DNA of 63,514 nucleotides, filler included, from Craspedostauros australis (GCA_030167865.1; 21 parts of 21 records of this genome joined end to end with filler, not necessarily neighbours in it); one strand, 5' to 3'; positions 12,627 through 24,238 are shown, counted from the first letter of the whole stretch. Numbers and translations are program-made. The notes: generated by a model not told the origin, from the letters alone.

Positions 12627-13488
12627 CTTCTTGCTTGACTGTTCGTTTGGCTGCTCTTGCCTTGCTCTTTGCCTTCTTCTGAACTATTACAATACTATAT
12701 GCTGCGATCAGACAATGCACTCTGCGGTGTACGTTGCTGTGATCAATGACCGGTTCAATCGATCGATGGGCTGCGTTGGTGCTTTCACTCCAGAGAGAGA
12801 TCCTTCAATCTCGATCTGCGCTTGGGTGGATGTGGCTTCGATCGATCTTTCGCGGTCTTCGCTGTTGTTGTTGCCGTTGCCGTTGCTGTTGCTGGTCTTT
12901 TTCTTGCCTTGTTCGTGGGAATTTCGGTCACAACGCAACGCGGTGCAGCCGAACACGACACGGCAAAGTGCCGTGTCTCGCAACCTCCTCCGCGAAGCCA
13001 CAGGGTCACCCCTCACCAATGCTGTTCGCGCACAGAACGATGCACATCATAAATACGATGTATCGCAGACATGTCTCCATTAACCGGGTGTTAACGTCCA
13101 TGATGTTGAAACCGCTTCTTATTGGATCAATTAAATCTCACGACTCACTCATGATTCGAACAAAACGGTCGCAAGAACGTCACACGCGAAGACAAAACTG
13201 CCAACAAATCGCGTGTCGTGTCAGTAGATCAGGCTACGGTTCCAAATCTCTCTACTCTAGATAAAATGCAGATTAGTCGTTCTGCGACAACTTCTGGCGT
13301 CACGCAACCCCCGAGATCGTTGCAGAGTCCCAAACGGGCACGACCTACTCTATCCGAGCATCATGACAGGGAAAGGCAACGAGGATACTCCACTCCGGAG
13401 TGTCCTCTAGAGTGTGTACGACTACGTGCACAACAACATACTATACGCCACTTTCGTAAAGTACTACATAGAGTATTCCTATTCTCGT

Positions 13489-16269
13489 TTATGATCCCAT
13501 CACATCTTCGATGGCGGCGGCGATAGCATCCATCTCACCCTCCGGCATGGTGGCTGGCGGCTCGGTCTTCTCCTCGGCCTTCGGGGTGATCTTGCGACCT
13601 TCCATCACGGCCTTGCGACTCAACGAAATCTTGCCCTTGTTGTTCAGACCGATGTACATCACATCCAGCTCTTCGACGCCCAGGCTCTTCACGAAGCCGC
13701 CGCAGTTGCGAATGCGTTGCTTGTCCAGCTCGGAGATGTGGCACAGTCCCTCGAGTCCTGGCGTGGAGCCGTCCTCGGCACCGGGCAGGATCTCCAGGAA
13801 GACGCCAAAATCGTGGATGCCCGTGATCTTGCCCTTGTAGATCTTGCCTTCCTCGGCCGGTGGACCGACGTACTTGGGGCGTTCCTCTCTTCGTCCGCCA
13901 CGCCCTCCACCGCCGCCACCACCACCGCTGGTGAGGGCCTTGACGAAGTCCTTGGCCTCGTTGGCCCTGGTGGTGTTGAAGGAGCAGATCTGGACCATTC
14001 CGTCATCCGTCACGTCGCATGCCTCGAGTTCGAAGTCCTCAATGATCTGACGGATTTGCTTGCCGCCAGGTCCAATGATCTTACCGATTGTTTCGAATGG
14101 CACATTGAACGAGACCATCTTGGGGACGGTGTCGGGCAGCTCGTCGCGCGCAGATGGGAGGACCTTCTCCATGGCATCCAGGATGTGGATGCGTCCAACG
14201 CGGGCCTGCTCCAAGGCACGTTCCATGGTGGCCAACGTCAGACCTTCGCACTTGATGTCGAGCTGGAAGGTGGTGATACCCTCGCGGTCACCGGCAACCT
14301 TGAAGTCCATGGTTCCGAGAGCGTCTTCGGTTCCCAGAATGTCGGAAAGGATGATGGCATCATCATCGGACACGCCACTCTTGTCATCCAGGAGCATACC
14401 CATGGCGATGCCGGCGATTGGACTCTTGATGGGCACGCCGGCATCCATGAGGGCGAGGCAGCCGCCACAGACGCTCGCCATGGAGCTGGAGCCGTGAGAT
14501 TCGGTGACCAGCGATTCCACACGAATTGAGTATGGGAAGTCTTTTTCGCTTGGGAGTCCCGGGATGAGCGCGCTGTGTTTCAAGCCGTGAGAGAGTTGTA
14601 CAGTGCAGAATAGAGTAAAGTAGAGCCATGAGGATCACCATCGTGGTTAGTTCCGGGAATGCGAACAAGCAACTGACTGTGCGCACCTGCAAGGCATATA
14701 ACTCAGGGCATGGCTCGCGAAAGGGCGTACTGTTGAAACACGCCAAGTGAACTCAACGTCCACATCGTCTCTAACTTACCGTTCCGCCAAGTTGCCGTGG
14801 CCAACCTCACGACGTCCCGGCATTCCCACGCGGCCCGTTTCTCCGACACAACTGGGCGGGAAGGTGTACTGCAAGTAAAATCGCTTCTGCTCCATTCCAT
14901 CCAGCTTGTCAATCTTCTGCTTCATGCTGGAACCACCCAAGGTCGCGGTGGCCAAGGCCTGAGTTTCACCGCGCGTGAACAAGGCAGAACCATGCACTCG
15001 CGGCAACATGCCGGCCTCCATGTCGAGATGTCGAATCTCGTCGAACTTGCGCCCGTCGCATCGCACGCCCACCGTTTTGGCACGCACGAACATGCGGCGG
15101 CACAGCAGATCCTTGAAGGCGCCCATGAGGGCTTTCTCTTGATCGGGGAATTCCTCCTCGAGCTCTTCGACCATGGCCCTTTGCAGCTTCCTCATGATGG
15201 GACCCTGGGTCGTTTTGGTGCCGCCACCGGCGTACATTTCATCGATGTGGTCTGTCATGATCTCATTGACGCGTTCCTGAAGTCCCTCGATGGGTGCTTC
15301 GATCGTGTCCATCTTCTTTTTGATGCCGACCGTGTTGCCGAATTCCTGGACGGCTTCGCAGATGGCCTGGATGGCGTTGTGGCCGAAGGTGACGGCCTTG
15401 ATCATGGTGTCCTCGGGCAGGAAGTTGGAGGCACCCTCGATCATCAGCACGGCGTCCTTCGTTCCGGCGACGACGAGCTGCAGGTCGCTGGTCTCCATCT
15501 GCTGGTTGGTGGGATTGAGAACGTATTCGTCGGTGGCCTTGTAGTATCCCACCATGACGGCGCCCACGGGCTTCGTGAGCGGCACGTCGGAGAGGTAGAG
15601 CGCGGTGGCGCTGGCCGTGATGGCCAACGGATCGCACGATCGGATTCCGTCGTACGACAGCACCCAGCTCAGTAACTGCGTCTCATGCCTCCACCCTCCC
15701 GCGATCAAGGGTCGCAGCGGGCGATCGATCAGTCGGCACGTGAGGATTTCGTGTTCGGCGGGGCGTCCGTCGCGTTTGTTGTAGGATCCGGACGTCGTTC
15801 CGGCCGACGAGAAGCGTTCCTGATGCTCGACGCTAAGGGGTAGGAAGTCGATGCCCTCCTTGGGTTCGGAATCGCGGGCGGCCGTGGCGTACAGGACGGT
15901 CTCGCCGCGCGTCAAGGTGATGGCGCCGGCCGCCTGTCGTCCGAGCTTTCCCGTTTCAATGACGATGGTCTCTTCTGGCACGAATTCAGATGGTTTGGCA
16001 TCTTCGGCAGTCGCGGCTGGCGAATCGTCGGTCTGCTTCTGTCCTGGCAGACTGCGAATGGTGAGGGTGTGGACAGCACCGCCGGATGGGCCAGTGTTCG
16101 TGGTCTCGATGGAGAAGAAGTCAGTCTCTGCCGCAAGCACGGTTGGTGGCGTGGTCTGTGCCGATCTGCCGACCACCAGCGCTGGCTTTCGTAATCTGCG
16201 GAAGGAGTTGCCGTTCGGAGAGAATGCCGCTGTCAAGACGACCGTCGTTGTGAGCACCAGCAGTCTCAT
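13489..16269 (-). CDS. PNP: Polyribonucleotide nucleotidyltransferase (PNPase), plastid-targeted; exons 16269-14780 and 14572-13489
   Basis: IETGKLGRQAAG, RLIDRPLRP, HGSALFTRGETQ, RREVGHGNLAER|AL, ESHGSSSMASVCGG, DALGTMDFKVAG, KH motif IIGPGGK and an S1 domain. The intron 14779-14573 (GTAAGT...CAG) is in frame. The presequence is MRLLVLTTTVVLTAA-F. Confidence 0.96.
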
Positions 16270-17163
16270 GGTGCCAGAGGAATATGAGTATGATCCCTTG
16301 TGGTTGCTCGTGGTTGCTCGTGGCTGCTTCAGGGTTGGGCGCTCTCTGTATTCTGTGTATTCCAATGTTCTTTGAATACGTACGAGTGAGTATGGACGAG
16401 TGAGTATGGACGAGAGAAGAATGGAGTACACTACTCTAGTCTACGTTACTATTTGTTGGATTGCAATAGCAGTAGCAGTAGCAGTAGCAGTAGCAATAGA
16501 AGAACGAGCCGTTGCAAGCACAAATGAGATGGGCTGATGTGAATCTTCCCACAGGAGGGATGGTGGTGGGTCACGCAACTGATGACGCAGAACGGATCTG
16601 CTTGGGGTTGGATCTCTGTTGGTGGCGTTGCAGCATTGTCCACAAGAGAGGAGATGGATGGGTGGCCCCACGTTGCCTGCCGACTTGGCTGATGGCTACC
16701 TTCCGTTCTTGATGTGTTGGTTTTGATGGCTTCACGTCATTCCTTGTTGCCGCGGTTTTGAACTCTGCGGTCATCCGTCCCACATGACAAAGCTCGTGCG
16801 TTGGTGGGCAGACCGCAATCACATGCACGACTGCGATGGTCTGGTACAGATATTGATTCATCCGAATGAGACTGAAGGTGGATCCAAGACTCGTGTTCGT
16901 GTTTCAAACGCGCACCATTTTGCGCACGCGGCGGCGCGAAAAGAACGGTGATGGGCGCAGGCACAAGCGGAGACGCCCGCGGTGATGTGCTCTTTCCTCT
17001 GTAGACTCCGTACCTGTCCAGTTACAGTAGATGGAAGAAACCTCCACTCATGCAATACCTCGCACCACACATCAAACCATCCATAGTGGCAAAGAGGAAG
17101 TAGAATAGAACAGAAGAACAGAGGTGGTCGTACTTGTAGAATTACAAAAACGTACAGCCCAAA

Positions 17164-18441
17164 ATGAGCGTGATCCTGGCAACGGGCGGCTACGACCACA
17201 AGATCCGATTCTGGGATGCCCCTTCCGGTGCCTGCGTCCGCGTCATCCCCTTCCCCGATTCTCCCATCAACAAGTTGGAGATCACGTCGGGCAAGCAGTG
17301 CATCGCCGCTGCGGGCAATCCCAACATCGAGATCTTCGACGTCGACAGCCAGAACCCGCAGCCCGTTCTGACATTGAAGGGGCACAAGGACGCCGTCACG
17401 TCGATCGGGTTTCAGATGGATGCGCGTTACCTGTACAGCGGATCGGAGGACGGCACGATCAAGCTGTGGGATCTGCGCGGATCCTCCTACTCGCGCAGCA
17501 TGGATTGCAAGGGACCCGTGCGGTCCGTCACGTTGCGCGAAGATCGCGATGAGATCATCTCGGGCGATTCCAACGGGATGGTCAAGATTTGGGATTTGGG
17601 GCGAGATGCGGCCGAGAATGGCAGCATCGTCGCTATGCAGCCCGGCGATTCGGGGACCTTGACGTCCGCGATTCAGGCCGTGGATATATCGGCGGATTCC
17701 AAGACGTTGGTGGCAGCCAACAATCATGGCATGGTCTTTGCTTGGGATCCCAACACGCCGGTGACGGTGATGGACGAGTCTCCGATTGTGTCTCCAGATG
17801 CGCCTGTCGACGGCGATGCCTCCAAAAGAAGGCAGGATCAGTTGGATGTGGATCTAGACAACAAGAGTGCTGCTGCCAATGTTGACGGCAATGATGATAA
17901 TGGCTATGGTGATGATGGTGATGTTGGCGACAACAACACTGGCAACCGCAGCACAAAGGATGTTAATGATGACGCTGACGACGAAGGAGAGAGTGACGAC
18001 GTCCACCACGACAGCGCTGACCACGAACAGGAAGATCGAGATCAAAAACTGCCACAGCACGATGCAGCTACACCATCATCAACAGCGACTTCCAATTCAC
18101 CCCAACTCAAGCTGCTCACCCAATTCCGCGCTCACCCCATCGGCACTTACTGCCTGCACGCTCGCCTTGCACCAAGCCGCGACATCCTCTGCACCACCAG
18201 CAGCGATGGCTCCGCCAAGCTATGGAACACGTCCACGTGGATGCTGGAGCACGATCTCAAGCGGCATTCCAAATGGGTCTGGGATGCCGCATTCTGTGAG
18301 GACTCCAGCTACCTCGTCACCGCCAGCAGCGACAAGACTGCCAAGCTGTGGAATCTTGGCACCGCCGGCGACGTCGTCCGACAATACCATGGGCACGAAT
18401 CCACGGTTACGTGCGTGGCATTGAACGATAACAGTAATTAG
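17164..18441 (+). CDS. LST8: TOR complex subunit LST8 (WD40) with a long acidic insertion
   Basis: MSVILATGGYDHKIRFW...INKLEIT...AAAGNP, YSGSEDGTIKLWDLR, HSKWVWDAAF..DSSYLVTASSD and C-terminal CVALND are LST8 hallmarks. Confidence 0.93.
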   Translation: MSVILATGGYDHKIRFWDAPSGACVRVIPFPDSPINKLEITSGKQCIAAAGNPNIEIFDVDSQNPQPVLTLKGHKDAVTSIGFQMDARYLYSGSEDGTIKLWDLRGSSYSRSMDCKGPVRSVTLREDRDEIISGDSNGMVKIWDLGRDAAENGSIVAMQPGDSGTLTSAIQAVDISADSKTLVAANNHGMVFAWDPNTPVTVMDESPIVSPDAPVDGDASKRRQDQLDVDLDNKSAAANVDGNDDNGYGDDGDVGDNNTGNRSTKDVNDDADDEGESDDVHHDSADHEQEDRDQKLPQHDAATPSSTATSNSPQLKLLTQFRAHPIGTYCLHARLAPSRDILCTTSSDGSAKLWNTSTWMLEHDLKRHSKWVWDAAFCEDSSYLVTASSDKTAKLWNLGTAGDVVRQYHGHESTVTCVALNDNSN

Positions 18442-18544
18442 CATGGAATAGATTGTAGTGCTCTCTAGAGCGTGCTCTGGAACACTTCAATACCATGCGC
18501 GCGCTACATGCGGTTGAAGTAGAGATACCGTACCAAAACACTTT

Positions 18545-19087
18545 CTATTTGTAGGACGAGTTCATGAATTCCAGCAACTCTTGCCTCGCCTTTTCATGCG
18601 CCAGATCTTCCGCCGTCTTGTTGATCTTCAATTTGAGCTTCTTGCCTGTGATCACGCTGCGGCGAACATCGTCGTCGCCGTCGCTCTTTCGTTTCTTGGT
18701 CTTTTTGCTGCTCTTCTTTTTCGGTTTCTTTGACTTCTTCTTCTTCTTGCGACGTTTCTTGCGTGCTTCCTCTTCGCTGCTGTCGCTGTCGCTATCGCTG
18801 TCGCTATCATCGCGCGATGGCCGTCGTCGCTTGGAAGATGATCGTTTTCGTCGTTTCGATTTGCGGCTTGACTTCTTTTTGGCGACCTCATCGTCGTCGC
18901 TGTCATCGCTATCGCTGTCGTCATTGTCCCGCCTTCGTTTCTTGTGCGATGGCTTTTTCTTTTTGCGCGATTTCTTCTCGCGGCTTTCCTCTTCGGACGA
19001 GGAGGAGCTGCTGTCGCTGCTGTCATCGTCATCTGACGAGGAAGAAGAGGAACTCTCTTCTTCCTCTTTTCGTTTGGATCGTCCCAT
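18545..19087 (-). CDS. Small Lys/Ser/Asp-rich, probably nuclear protein of unknown function
   Basis: 180-aa low-complexity ORF ending in an ordered segment RRSVITGKKLKLKINKTAEDLAHEKARQELLEFMN. It lies in a gene-dense contig. Confidence 0.7.
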   Translation of the reverse strand: MGRSKRKEEEESSSSSSSDDDDSSDSSSSSSEEESREKKSRKKKKPSHKKRRRDNDDSDSDDSDDDEVAKKKSSRKSKRRKRSSSKRRRPSRDDSDSDSDSDSSEEEARKKRRKKKKKSKKPKKKSSKKTKKRKSDGDDDVRRSVITGKKLKLKINKTAEDLAHEKARQELLEFMNSSYK

Positions 19088-19662
19088 GGTGAAGTGTTGC
19101 GGTAATCTGTCCAATTATATTAAAGTGGTGGACTGGGAGCGAATCTCAATGCTGTATAATATTATATCTGCGTTCGAAATTGTTCACGAAAGGCAAAGAA
19201 AACGATGATGAAGTTGATGATGAAGTTGATGATGTGATGGCGATGGCTGACGATGGGATCATGTGATGTTCCAGCACTTGCGGTGTGCCAAGGAAGACAA
19301 AAGCAAACACCATTCGAAAACACGCGCACTTGCCGACTGCGAGGCACCCATGATGAGTTTGGTTGGTGGGAGATGGCGGGAAAACACTGACGACGGACGC
19401 ACAAGAATGAACGTAACCACGACTGACTGATTCCAAAGTGATTCTGTGTTGGTGGTCGCTGCCGACCCATCACCAACAGTTTGCGACAAACAAAGTGCAC
19501 TTCCGTGGGTTCATCCACTCACCCACTCATCCATCGCGTCCATCGCGTCCATTGCATCTAGCAATCCAACATCCTCGAAGTCTCTATCGACCACTCTGAC
19601 ACGCTGTCAGAAGGAAACTCGAAGGACGGAAACGCGAGGGAAGGAAGGAAGAATGACAAGAG

Positions 19663-21042
19663 ATGAGAGCGTTTTACTTTCGAAGAAAGATGAAACGACC
19701 TTCTATGCCAACTCTGTCGGCATTGGTGCTCCTGTCGTCGACATTGCATCTACTGTCGCTATTAACACTGCCATCATTTCGTGATGGAAGCACCGCACTC
19801 TTTTGTGAGGCACTCAGCACCACAGGAGCAGTGACACCAACGCCGTCCATCATTGAACAGCAGCGGCAAAACCAAATGCATCATCAGCACCAGCGTGACT
19901 ACCCAGACTCATCTGCGGACACCAGCGCTGAATGCGATCTGCGTGCTCCCACCTCGTCTCGCATTGACGACAAACACGAAATTCTCGCGAGCAAATGCCA
20001 GGACTACACCATTCCGAATCGACGCATCCAATACAAGCACGTTGAATGGAGCGGTTCTGCTCTGCCGATGCAAATCTTCTCTGCTCCGAACAGCGAGAAG
20101 CAGGCGCCGAACTACAAAACCAACCTTCCTGCGGGTCGCAAACCCACCTCCCCAAACGACAATGATGTCGACCTCAGTTCCATCAGCATAGAAGAGCTCC
20201 AATCCATGAATCTCTCCAAATCGTCGCATGAACTCCTCAAACGATATTCCGAACTCTCCGAACGACAGCAGAGGCAGCTCATCCAGAAGATACGTGCCGA
20301 GCATCGCGCGAGCCAACCACTGGATCCAAATCTGATGGAGATTCTGTACTGCGACGAGCACATCTGCGTCGCCAACAAACCTAGCGGCATCCTCAGCGTC
20401 CCTGGCCCACGGCGCAATCCTTCCTTGGCGAACCTGCTGTACGACGCTCTGCAACCCACCGATCTGGATTCCGTTGATCAGATGATCGTGCATCGGTTGG
20501 ATATGGCGACGAGCGGCATCATCGTCTACGCGCTGACACGCCAGGCCTTGTGCCAACTGCACTTGGATTTCAAACAGCGGAACGTCATTAAGATCTATCA
20601 CGCGCTCCTTCCAGGACACTTGGACGATCGATACGCGGAAGGCGAGATCGATGTCACGATGGAACGAGATCCCAACAATCCACCCTACATGCGCGTCTAC
20701 AACGTCGCGACGGCCGACTTGGACAAGGAAACGCCAGCATTCTCGCCGGATCACAAGTTCTTTCGAGAATCCAAAAAGACCAGCCAGACCACGTACCGCG
20801 TATTGCGACGGCACACCAGCGGCAACGATCCCATGACGCGCATCGAACTGAAACCATGGACGGGACGGACGCACCAACTGCGAGTGCATTGCGCGCAAGT
20901 GTTGGGATATCCAATCTTGGGTGATGAGATCTACAGGTCGGAGGATTTGGACATTCCCTTGTGTTTGCATGCGCACAGGCTGTGCATCAATCATCCCATC
21001 TCAGGCGCACCCATGATCTTTCAAGTCGATCCACCTTTTTGA
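19663..21042 (+). CDS. RluA-family RNA pseudouridine synthase, probably organelle-targeted
   Basis: ANKPSGILSVPG, catalytic HRLDMATSG, TGRTHQLRVH, PILGDEIY, LCLHAHRL and a hydrophobic N-terminus. The exact start codon is uncertain. Confidence 0.95.
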   Translation: MRAFYFRRKMKRPSMPTLSALVLLSSTLHLLSLLTLPSFRDGSTALFCEALSTTGAVTPTPSIIEQQRQNQMHHQHQRDYPDSSADTSAECDLRAPTSSRIDDKHEILASKCQDYTIPNRRIQYKHVEWSGSALPMQIFSAPNSEKQAPNYKTNLPAGRKPTSPNDNDVDLSSISIEELQSMNLSKSSHELLKRYSELSERQQRQLIQKIRAEHRASQPLDPNLMEILYCDEHICVANKPSGILSVPGPRRNPSLANLLYDALQPTDLDSVDQMIVHRLDMATSGIIVYALTRQALCQLHLDFKQRNVIKIYHALLPGHLDDRYAEGEIDVTMERDPNNPPYMRVYNVATADLDKETPAFSPDHKFFRESKKTSQTTYRVLRRHTSGNDPMTRIELKPWTGRTHQLRVHCAQVLGYPILGDEIYRSEDLDIPLCLHAHRLCINHPISGAPMIFQVDPPF

Positions 21043-21187
21043 AACTACACCGTTCTTTTCGGTTGGAAATAGGACGCAATGGAGTGCTTGTATTAACATG
21101 CTCTTGAATCATAATACATTAAGGTATAGTAGTAACGACAGCACTCTAACGAGAGATGTGACGAAACCGCATGGCGTAATTGATTCT

Positions 21188-21408
21188 TTCGTGAATCTGA
21201 CATCCTCGATTCAGTCATTCCATCAGTTCATACCATTGCGTTTTCTGCATTTCTTTGTCTTGCTGCGTTCTTTGGGATTGCTTGTGATGTTCTGTGCCTC
21301 GCTACAACTGCGGCATCAGACAGATAATCGTTCCGTGGAGGCGTCGCTTGAGAGGAGTTCACTTGGTTGCTCGTCTTGACAATCGCTCTGCAATATCATA
21401 CGCAGTCG
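21188..21408 (-). promoter_or_regulatory. 3' UTR region expected to hold the SECIS element of the SelU gene; two imperfect candidates
   Basis: Candidate A (21408-21305): CGACUGCG/CGCAGUUG lower helix with an AUGAU...UGAU core, but an over-long apical part. Candidate B (21218-21188): AUGAC-UGAAUC...GAUUCA-CGAA with a short upper helix. Neither is canonical. Confidence 0.35.
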
Positions 21409-21443
21409 TGCGAATGCTCAGCCTTTCTCTTTCCCTCTTCTTT

Positions 21444-22170
21444 CTATTTATCAGCGTCCACCCCAATTTTCAGCACTTCCAATGCAGCCACGATATCTGC
21501 CACCGGCAAGTCTTCACCAGTCTCTTCTTGGTAGGAGTACCTGGGCTTGCCTTTCGTATCGAACAGTATCAAACCGCCTTTCAGTAGACCTTCTCCTTTC
21601 GTATTCCCGCTGATATTCTTCTCCTGAATCCGACTTATCCAACTGAAGACGCCCATCATCATGCTCCACAGTGCCGGCAAGTCTGTGGCACGTCGATCAC
21701 CCAGCGCCTGATAGAATGCGAACGATTTATCGCAAAAGAGCGGCGCGTCAAGAAAATACTTCTGGGAGAACTCCATGAGACCTTCATCGTCGATGCCCGT
21801 CTCCTTGACAACACCGAACAGTCCGAAACCCTCCAATGAATTTGTGTCGGCAGCAAGCGCGCTCAAGGTAAGTGCGTGCTCCCGACACAAGAATCATCCT
21901 GGTCGGCGAACGACGAAGCAAATGCCTAGAGAGAGAGATTGTGCGTTGCGCAGCGCAGCGCAGAAAATGCAGAGCCGAGTTACGCAGCGTTAGTTGTGCT
22001 TTCGTTGAGACGCAACACAGCGCAGCATAACGCAACACAGCATACTGTGGCAAACTGCGGGTCGACGTCCACTTACTCCCGTATTTCCCAGTCTGTTCTC
22101 GGATCATCTCGCGACTTCGCAACACATCAATTTCAGAAACGGAGTCCTTCGTGATTCTCAATTGGACCAT
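21444..22170 (-). CDS. SELENOU: Selenoprotein U / PRXL2A-like thioredoxin-fold protein with in-frame UGA (Sec) at 21896-21894; exons 22170-22077 and 21925-21444
   Basis: The spliced product reads ...GKYGS|ICFVVRRPG-U-FLCREHAL...GVVKE...FYQALG...GNTKGEGLLKGG, where RRPGUFLCRE is the SelU UxxC motif. The intron 22076-21926 (GTAAGT...TAG) is in frame. The 5' end may extend beyond the contig edge. Confidence 0.9.
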
Positions 22171-22278
22171 CTGTTTGGNNNNNNNNNNNNNNNNNNNNNN
22201 NNNNNNNNNNNNNNNNNNNNNNTTAATTAATTAANNNNNNNNNNNNNNNNNNNNNNNNNNNNNNNNNNNNNNNNNNNN

Positions 22279-22429
22279 GCAAACTGAGCGTCCAATTTGC
22301 GTCCGGACGCAAGCTACGTAGGCCAGTACCAGGCCAAAATCATTATGGATATCCCTAATGAGTTTTTTGCTGACAAATTTGGCACATGTGCCAAATTTGT
22401 CACTTCTTTTGGGTTCGCATCAACAGCGC
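22279..22429. mobile_element. Two related TIR-element termini back to back across one TA
   Basis: ...AAAATCATTATGGA, then TA (22350-22351), then TCCCTAATGAGTTTTTT..., followed by a perfect 32-bp palindrome at 22371-22402. Confidence 0.55.
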
Positions 22430-22634
22430 NNNNNNNNNNNNNNNNNNNNNNNNNNNNNNNNNNNNNNNNNNNNNNNNNNNNNNNCAGTGTGGTGGCTTCT
22501 CTCATTGTTTAACTGGAACCTTCTGGCGCAGGCAATTTCCGCTGCAAACAAGGCCACATAAGGAATTCTGAACCCTAAGGACATACCCAATAAATGAATT
22601 ATTTATCAACAAGCCGGAACGCTTCGTGCATAGA

Positions 22635-23806
22635 CACTGCAAGACACGGGAATTTCGCTGAAACTCGATGCCGTTTGCGTTCGACCACATGGACTAATCC
22701 CCCAATCCCCCAAACGAACTCTTGATGGACTCAATGGACCACCATTGAATTTGTAGTTTAACGCATTTAACGTCTTTTGGTTTGAATGCCGAACACCTTC
22801 CAACGAAAACAAGTTCGATGAAAGTACCACCAGTTCGATGAAAGTACCATCACTTCGATGAAAGTACCATCACTTCAATGAAAGTACCACCAGTTCGATG
22901 AAAGTAACACCTGTTCGATGAAAGTACGACCAGTTCGATGAAACTAAGACCAGTTCCATGAAAGTACCATAGTCCGACAAAGGTCCGGCGAGTCCGATGA
23001 AAGCGGACACTCTGCAACACACCCCACAACGGTTCAAGAAACCGACTCGTGTCCGAACAGCCATTCTGTTGCAACAAGACCCAATGACAAAAACAAGAGC
23101 CCGAAACCTTGTGCCAATCTGTGTCACTCCGCATTACAGAGGAAGAACTCAGCAATCAGCCAACCAGTTGGCACACCAACATTCACCAAAAAGAGGAAGC
23201 AAAGGCAGCAGGGAATTTGGAGCGTTCCATGCAGAATTGCAATGCAGCTGAAAAGAGAGTGTAGCCTGTGGTGTGGATAATAGCGAACATGCGATGATTG
23301 GGAGACAATACGGATGTGTGTTGTTGTTGTTGTTGTGTGTGTGTGTGCGTGTGTGTGTGCGAGATGTGAGATTTTGTGGATGCTCTGGTCGTCTCTGCAG
23401 ACGCTGTGGAGACGGGAAATTGCTCCGTCTCCGTCTGTCATCCGACCGTCACCAACAACATTTCGATGAAAGTACGCATGTTCCAATGATGGCCGCAACC
23501 ATTCGATGAAAGTAGTCACGCTTCGATGAAAGTAATACCACTTCGATGAAAGTAATACCACTTCGATGAAAGTAATACCACTTCGATGAAAGTAATACCA
23601 CTTCGATGAAAGTAACACCACTTCGATGAAAGTAACAATACTACTCTTAACGCCTATAACGTCTAATTAACGTCTTGACACACGGGCTTGGTGTCCCCGT
23701 CCAGGTCATTGGGGTTTGGGCGTGGTTGTGAATGGGACCGGACTGATTGGAGTCTTGCGCGCGTGGTCTCTGCGAACTTTCGGCGAAATTCCCGTGTCTT
23801 GCTGTT
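22635..23806. mobile_element. Non-autonomous CACTA/EnSpm-like element with subterminal tandem arrays
   Basis: The left end CACTGCAAGACACGGGAATTTCGCTGAAA is the inverted match of the right end TTTCGGCGAAATTCCCGTGTCTTGCTGTT, with GA on both flanks. Arrays of TTCGATGAAAGTA-based units lie at about 22813-22970 (19 bp) and about 23502-23640 (20 bp). Confidence 0.75.
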
Positions 23807-24031
23807 GAAAGACAATGATTGGATGAAAATCACAGACTTCGCTTGGAATACGACCTGCAGAGAATGTAAAATGGGTCACGATAGCACTAGTTGTGGAGTT
23901 TTACTCGTGATGAGTCGTGATAAAGTAGACTNNNNNNNNNNNNNNNNNNNNNNNNNNNNNNNNNNNNNNNNNNNNTTAATTAATTAANNNNNNNNNNNNN
24001 NNNNNNNNNNNNNNNNNNNNNNNNNNNNNNN

Positions 24032-24238
24032 TGCACCAAGCATGTGGTTGATTGTGGTGTTGCCTGGTAGCAGCCCGTCTTGTGTCAGTGCTGTCCATAC
24101 TGCAGAAGCCACTGCAATGCTGGTCCCATACGTCCTGCGGAAAAGGATGGTGAGCCATGGGGGTTGCTCCATGCAAGTGAGCATGTCCACGTNGCGACCC
24201 ACAATTTGCATACCAGAGTGGGCAATCTCAACCTCCAT
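24032..24238 (-). pseudogene. Possible decayed N-terminus of a PIF/Harbinger-type transposase
   Basis: LFRRTYGTSIAVASAVWTAL...LLP...HMLGA resembles the FRxxFGxS..V...W..L...HLLWAL N-terminus of diatom DDE_Tnp_4 transposases. It is short and cut by the linker. Confidence 0.4.

Noticed and set aside
10632..15675. Long antisense ORFs over TM9SF and PNPase
   Set aside because: These are shadow ORFs caused by GC-rich codon bias on the coding strand.
13489..21042. Bacterial operon or contamination (PNPase, RluA)
   Set aside because: PNPase has a spliceosomal intron and a plastid presequence, and its neighbours LST8 and TM9SF are eukaryote-specific.
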